DNA of 64,000 nt from a candidate division WOR-3 bacterium (lineage in GTDB: Bacteria; Hydrothermota; Tepidihabitantia; Tepidihabitantales; Tepidihabitantaceae). Shown here one piece after another: positions 58,811-64,000 of the stretch (its first letter is position 1; every line of letters starts with the position of its first letter). Below the pieces are notes generated by a model. The model was not told where the DNA came from. It searched no databases and saw nothing but the letters and a program-made list of their open reading frames with translations. Both the position numbers and the translations under genes were made by a program. The DNA lies in NCBI GenBank assembly GCA_965648905.1, contig CBFGIT010000013.1, forward strand, positions 1 through 64,000. Direction: 5' to 3'.

Positions 58811-58944
58811 GTCCTGTGAAGATAGGCACAACCCGGCAGTTGTCAACTCTGCTTGAGCATTCCGAGGTCTGCGGATGAGCTACGGTCACCCTTGATACCG
58901 CCCCCGACTGCGGCTATAGTGTGCGTCGGCCGATTGACCCGAAG

Positions 58945-61900
58945 ATGGCACTTGATGTATTCCGGTTCTGTAAGGACGTAGTTAGCGACTACGCGTCCTA
59001 TGTCGGTGGCTTCCTGGCCATCCGGGACCCGAGAATCGTCGAGTGTGTCAGGCAGTCGCTGGCTGCCGGCACACTCTGGCCTGAACCGCTAGTTCAGGTC
59101 AACCCTGCTTTTGAGTCAGGCGGGACCGTGGAGGCGCTCTGTCAAGAAGGGCTGCTACACCCCACCTGCGCAAGGATATTCCGCCGCAACAATCGCACGT
59201 TCACCCTCTACCGCCATCAGGAAGAGGCGATCCGTCACGTTATCGCCGGCGGCAACGTCGTACTCACGTCAGGGACTGGTTCGGGCAAGAGTCTCGCCTA
59301 TCTCATTCCGATCTTCGACTACATTCTGAAGAACCACGCGCCGCAGCCGCAGGTGCGTGCCATTATCGTCTATCCGATGAACGCGCTCGTGAACTCACAG
59401 CAATCGGCAATCGACGACCTGCTCAGTAACTTCGGAACCGGCCGGCCACCCATTGTCGTGAAGACCTACACCGGGCAGCAGTCATGGGAAGAGAAGAAAG
59501 AGATCCGGGCCAAACCGCCTGATGTCATCCTGACCAACTACGTGATGCTCGAGTACATGCTGGCGCGGCCCGAAGAACGCTGCTTCACCGACCGGAGTAC
59601 GGCCGACCTGCGCTTCTTTGTTCTTGATGAACTGCACACGTATCGCGGCCGTCAGGGTGCTGATGTAGCACTGCTGATTCGTCGCCTGCGTGAGCGCGCC
59701 GGCCGTCCGACCCTCCGGTGCATCGGCACCAGCGCAACGCTCGCTTCCGGAGGTAGTCGACAGGAGCGCCGCACCGCCATTGCTGAGTCGGCCACAGAGC
59801 TCTTCGGGGTCCGGTTCAATCCGGATGACGTGGTTGAGGAAACACTGCGCCGCTCGTGCGACCCAACCGTCGACACCAGTCAAGCGTCACTTGCCCGTGC
59901 GGTCCTGAACCCGCCGGGCCCAGGTGCCAAGGCCAGCGACCTGGCAGCGCATCCATTGGTTGCCTGGATTGAGACTACGCTCGGTCTGCAAGAAGAAGAC
60001 GGTGTCCTGCGCCGTCGTCCGCCGGTCACGTTGCAGACGGCCGCAAACCTGCTCGCCGAGGCCAGCGGGCTTGGTGTCGAGCAGGTAACCGAGCCGCTGA
60101 AGCAGACCCTGTTGATTTGTGGAACCGCGGCGCCGGGTTCGGCCGAGCCGTTCTTAGCGATGAAGCTCCATCAATTCATCGCCCAAGGCGACTCAGCCTA
60201 TGCCACCCTCGAACCAACTGACCAGCGGCTCATCACCTTGGACGCAGGCTACCGAGCGCCCGGGGAAGACCACGAACGGCTACTCTACCCGATTAGCTTC
60301 TGCCGTGAGTGTGGGCAGGAGTACTACCTGGCCGACTTCGACGAAGCCCGGCAGACGCTCCTGCCGCGCCCGACCGACGCGCCCAGGCGGCTGCCAGATG
60401 ACCCGGTGCGTGATGGCTACTTTCTGGTGGATTCTGACCCGGCAAACCCAATATGGAGTGAGGAGCACGAGGACAGTCTGCCTGACTACTGGTTCCGCCC
60501 GACACGCAATGGCCGAGCGATTCAGTCACAGCACAAGTCCAAACTGCCCAAGCGTCTAGTGTGCCAGGCCGATGGTGCCGTGGTCTCAAGTCCGGGTCCG
60601 GAAACCGTGCAAGGTTGGTTCCTGCCGAGGCCGTTTCCGGTCTGCCTGTTCTGCGGCGTTGCCTACACAGGCCGAGACAGGAACGACTTCAAGAAACTCG
60701 CCAGCCTCAGCAGCGAAGGCCGCAGTACCGCGACAACGGTACTGACGATTGCGGCCCTCTCGCGCATGCGCGATGCCGGCCTTCCGGATACGGCCCGCAA
60801 GCTGCTCAGTTTCACGGACAATGTGCAGGATGCTTCGCTCCAGGCCGGCCACCTCAATGACTTTGTGAACGTCGCCCTACTGCGTTCAGCACTCTGGCGG
60901 GCGCTTGACGCGGCCCCGAGCCACCGGCTCGACCACGCAAGCATCGTGCCGCAGGTCACCGCCGCTCTCAACTTGCCTCAGGAGGAATACGCCAAAGAGG
61001 TCGGCCGGACCGACTCGGCCGAACGCTACAACCGTGAGACACTTGAACGACTGGTCGAACACTACGTACTGACCGACCTGCGCCGAGGCTGGCGTGTCAT
61101 CCAGCCCAACCTTGAGCAATGCGGTTTGCTCAGCATCGAATACCGTGGCCTGCGCGAGCTGTGCGAGGACGAATCCCAGTGGCAGTCGCACGCAATACTG
61201 GCCCGCTGTCCGGCAGGGCAACGCCAGAAGGCTGTACGTGGATTCCTCGACCATCTTCGACGTGAGTTGGCCTTGGACGCCACTTGTCTGTCCGAGAACG
61301 GCCAGAAGGAGATGAAGCGCCGCGTCATGGCCGCTCTCAAGGAACCGTGGACGTTCGACGACGACGAATACCTCCGGCCGGCGACTCGCTTCAGTCTGTC
61401 GGACGACGCACCGCGTTCCCGCGGCACAAGTCTCGGTCCACGTAGTGTCATTGGTCGCTACCTGCGCAACCCGGCGACATGGCCCGGCATCACCGGAAAG
61501 CTGAGCGAGGCGGACTACCCGTCGCTGCTACAGGCCCTGATTGCCGCCCTCCGCGGAGCCGGCCTGCTCGTCCTGCTTGAAGACCGAGGTCTTGAGTACG
61601 TGCAGCTCCGAGCTGATTCCCTGTTCTGGGTCCAGGGTTCTGGTCAGGCACCTGAGCCTGATCCGGTGCGAAGCCTGTGGGTCGAGACCCCGCGCTCTTC
61701 TGAGGTTGAACGCCGGGTGAACGCGTACTTCCAGGACTTCTACCGTCGGCCGGTCGAGGACCTGCGTGGGATTCTCGGCCGGGAGCACACAGGTCATACC
61801 GACAAGCAGGTCCGTGAGGAACGGGAACAGGACTTCCGCAAAGGTCGTCTGCCGTGCATCTACTGCACCCCGACGATGGAACTGGGAATCGACATCGCCG

Positions 61901-64000
61901 AGCTCAACCTGGTTCACATGCGCAATATCCCGCCGTCCCCGACCAACTATGCTCAGCGCAGTGGCCGGGCTGGACGAGAGAAGCAGCCCGCGCTCGTGCT
62001 CGCGTACTGCGCCCGCCGGAGCGGTCATGACCAGTACTTTTTCCGACGTCGGGACCAGATGGTTGCCGGTGCCGTATCTCCACCGCGGTTCGACCTGGGC
62101 AATGAGGACCTCGTCCGAGCTCACGTCCACGCAACCTGGTTGGCCAAGACCGGTGTCTCGCTCGGCGATTCGATGCTCGACGTACTGGATACCGCTTCCA
62201 CCAGTGCGCGCCATCCGCTCAAGCCGGAAATCCGCCATCAGGTATCCTTGTCGCCGGCGCGGTTGGCCGAGTGTGTCGCCGAGCTTAGGGCCATCCTTTT
62301 GTCCTGCCAAAGAGACCTTACCCGTGCCGGCTGGTACACCGATGCCTGGCTGGAAGCAGTCCTCACGAATGCGCCCAAGGCGCTCGATGAGGCGTTCAAC
62401 CGCTGGCGCGACCTGTACGACGTTGCTCAGCGCCAACTCGCCGAGGCGCGTGGAGTCCAGGATGATGCGTTTCGCACCAGGATTGCCAAAAAGGAGGTCG
62501 AGGAAGCCAAACGCCGCGAGGTCGAAGCCAGGCGACAACTGGAGCTGCTCTGCAATCAGACGCGTAGGTCCGAGGAGTCGGACTTCTACCCATACCGGTA
62601 CTTGGCGAGTGAGGGCTTCCTGCCCGGCTACAGTTTCCCACGACTTCCCATCCGCGCCTACGTTGACTCAGGAGTTGACCGGCAGACCTACCTGAACCGA
62701 GCCCGATTGCTGGCAATTCGCGAGTATGGGCCTCAGAACGTCATCTACCACGAGGGACGCAAGTTCCAGGTGACGCGCAGCCTGTTACCCCCGCGCGAGA
62801 CGCCGGACCGGTTCGTTTCGGCCAAGCTATGTAGGGAGTGCGGCTACTGTTTGAGCGGTGACCATTGCCACGACGACCAATGCCCGAACTGCAACACAAC
62901 GCTCGACGGGCAGACCTCGGAATATGTTCAGGACCTGTTCGAGATGTCGTCGGTCTCCACCTGGCGCCGGGAGCGCATCAACTGTGACGAGGAAGACCGT
63001 TTCCGGCAGGGTTACAGGTTGACCGTTCACTACCGTTTCGCCCCGGCTGGGGCTGACCTGCGCCGTTCCTGCGCCGTGGTCCACGACCGCGCCGACCTGC
63101 CGTTGCTCCGGCTGACATTCTCAAATGCCGCCGAAATCTGGTGCATCAACCACGGCTGGCGTAGCGCCTCCGCGCCCGGGTTCACCATGAACACGGTGAC
63201 CGGTGATTGGGGCCGCAGGCCAGGTGAAGACGAAGAGCTCGAGGAGCAGATTCGACTCGACCCGGAAACGACGCGCTCGGGCATCCGGGTGTTTGTCCGC
63301 GACTACCGCAACCTGCTTATCGTGACACCGGACCCGCAACTGTCCCTGAACGAACAGAAGCTCGTCTCGCTGCAGTACGCCTTGAGCCGGGGCATCGAGG
63401 CCGAGTTCGAGGTAGAGGAGCGGGAGTTGGCCTCGTGTCTGGTCGGCAGGAACAAGCAGCGGGGAATCATGCTCTATGAGGCGGCTGAGGGTGGTGCGGG
63501 CGTACTGGAACGTCTGGTTGCCGACCCTGGGGCGATGCGACGAGTCGCCCAAAAGGCATTGGAGGTCTGCCACTTTGACCCTCAGTCTGGAGATGACCAG
63601 AAGGCTGGTGAGTGCCCGGCTGCCTGCTACGACTGCCTGTTGTCGTACACCAATCAGACCGAGCACCCCATTCTCGACCGGCATCTTGTCCGGGACCTCC
63701 TCGTGGCTCTCACCGGCTCGACGACCAAACAACAGCATCGCCGTCGCTCGTACGAAGAGCACTATCAGTGGTTGCAGCAACTTACCGACGCTGGTTCCGA
63801 ACTGGAGCGCAGATTCCTCAACTACCTGTACCAGAACAGGCTGACCCTGCCCGACGATGCTCAGGTGAAGCTGGCTGACTATTATGCTCAACCAGACTTC
63901 TACTACGAGAAGTCAAGAGCAGTTGTCTTCTGTGACGGCACGGTTCACGACCAACCCGAGCAGCAAGCGCTCGACCGCAGGATTCGCTCCGACCTTGCCC
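58945..64000 (+). CDS. Large DEAD/DEAH helicase with DUF1998 Zn domain and C-terminal Vsr/DUF559-like nuclease (>1680 aa; runs off the right edge)
   Basis: Own translation from ATG 58945: LYRHQEEAI, SGTGSGKS, YPMNALVNSQ, LDELHTYRGRQG, TSATL, TPTMELGIDI, YAQRSGRAGR, EAAEGGAG, CPAACYDCLLSY.NQ, SELERRFL...PDFYY...FCDGTVH. The 3' end is in the same frame as the start. Absent from the ORF track because no stop is in the window. Confidence 0.9.
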   Translation, partial: MALDVFRFCKDVVSDYASYVGGFLAIRDPRIVECVRQSLAAGTLWPEPLVQVNPAFESGGTVEALCQEGLLHPTCARIFRRNNRTFTLYRHQEEAIRHVIAGGNVVLTSGTGSGKSLAYLIPIFDYILKNHAPQPQVRAIIVYPMNALVNSQQSAIDDLLSNFGTGRPPIVVKTYTGQQSWEEKKEIRAKPPDVILTNYVMLEYMLARPEERCFTDRSTADLRFFVLDELHTYRGRQGADVALLIRRLRERAGRPTLRCIGTSATLASGGSRQERRTAIAESATELFGVRFNPDDVVEETLRRSCDPTVDTSQASLARAVLNPPGPGAKASDLAAHPLVAWIETTLGLQEEDGVLRRRPPVTLQTAANLLAEASGLGVEQVTEPLKQTLLICGTAAPGSAEPFLAMKLHQFIAQGDSAYATLEPTDQRLITLDAGYRAPGEDHERLLYPISFCRECGQEYYLADFDEARQTLLPRPTDAPRRLPDDPVRDGYFLVDSDPANPIWSEEHEDSLPDYWFRPTRNGRAIQSQHKSKLPKRLVCQADGAVVSSPGPETVQGWFLPRPFPVCLFCGVAYTGRDRNDFKKLASLSSEGRSTATTVLTIAALSRMRDAGLPDTARKLLSFTDNVQDASLQAGHLNDFVNVALLRSALWRALDAAPSHRLDHASIVPQVTAALNLPQEEYAKEVGRTDSAERYNRETLERLVEHYVLTDLRRGWRVIQPNLEQCGLLSIEYRGLRELCEDESQWQSHAILARCPAGQRQKAVRGFLDHLRRELALDATCLSENGQKEMKRRVMAALKEPWTFDDDEYLRPATRFSLSDDAPRSRGTSLGPRSVIGRYLRNPATWPGITGKLSEADYPSLLQALIAALRGAGLLVLLEDRGLEYVQLRADSLFWVQGSGQAPEPDPVRSLWVETPRSSEVERRVNAYFQDFYRRPVEDLRGILGREHTGHTDKQVREEREQDFRKGRLPCIYCTPTMELGIDIAELNLVHMRNIPPSPTNYAQRSGRAGREKQPALVLAYCARRSGHDQYFFRRRDQMVAGAVSPPRFDLGNEDLVRAHVHATWLAKTGVSLGDSMLDVLDTASTSARHPLKPEIRHQVSLSPARLAECVAELRAILLSCQRDLTRAGWYTDAWLEAVLTNAPKALDEAFNRWRDLYDVAQRQLAEARGVQDDAFRTRIAKKEVEEAKRREVEARRQLELLCNQTRRSEESDFYPYRYLASEGFLPGYSFPRLPIRAYVDSGVDRQTYLNRARLLAIREYGPQNVIYHEGRKFQVTRSLLPPRETPDRFVSAKLCRECGYCLSGDHCHDDQCPNCNTTLDGQTSEYVQDLFEMSSVSTWRRERINCDEEDRFRQGYRLTVHYRFAPAGADLRRSCAVVHDRADLPLLRLTFSNAAEIWCINHGWRSASAPGFTMNTVTGDWGRRPGEDEELEEQIRLDPETTRSGIRVFVRDYRNLLIVTPDPQLSLNEQKLVSLQYALSRGIEAEFEVEERELASCLVGRNKQRGIMLYEAAEGGAGVLERLVADPGAMRRVAQKALEVCHFDPQSGDDQKAGECPAACYDCLLSYTNQTEHPILDRHLVRDLLVALTGSTTKQQHRRRSYEEHYQWLQQLTDAGSELERRFLNYLYQNRLTLPDDAQVKLADYYAQPDFYYEKSRAVVFCDGTVHDQPEQQALDRRIRSDLA

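Overview
GC-rich bacterial chromosome segment, mostly core and secretome genes. The style of the C-terminal '...GVYFxxL...KxVV' sorting domains and a PorV/PorQ-like gene suggest an FCB-related candidate lineage such as WOR-3 (inference only). Housekeeping content: smpB, gap-pgk-tpiA-secG-rplU, nadA, scpA, an orphan fusA, yhaM-like, rsmG, tRNA-Val(CAC), tRNA-Asp(GTC), and a 23S-5S rRNA unit with no 16S and its own tandem promoters. The 23S gene carries a 674-nt group I intron at E. coli position 1931 encoding a LAGLIDADG endonuclease whose start lies inside the ribozyme core. Notable accessory features: (i) a self-contained sigma-54 module made of an FG-GAP-repeat sensor kinase (split by a 1-bp shift in a G run), an NtrC-type regulator, tandem enhancer palindromes, a -24/-12 promoter and a secreted beta-propeller target; (ii) a small GIY-YIG nuclease flanked by inverted REP-like repeats; (iii) a divergent arginine-synthetase (ArcE/COG2403)-like gene coupled to P5C dehydrogenase; (iv) pervasive sigma-70-type promoters with 16-bp spacers, many driving apparently leaderless mRNAs; (v) three intergenic tracts with degenerate 12-bp periodicity, two of them ending in pairs of 25-bp IHF-like dyads; (vi) a >1680-aa DUF1998 helicase-nuclease, probably anti-phage, running off the right edge. 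All calls were made by eye from motifs; no database searches were run.
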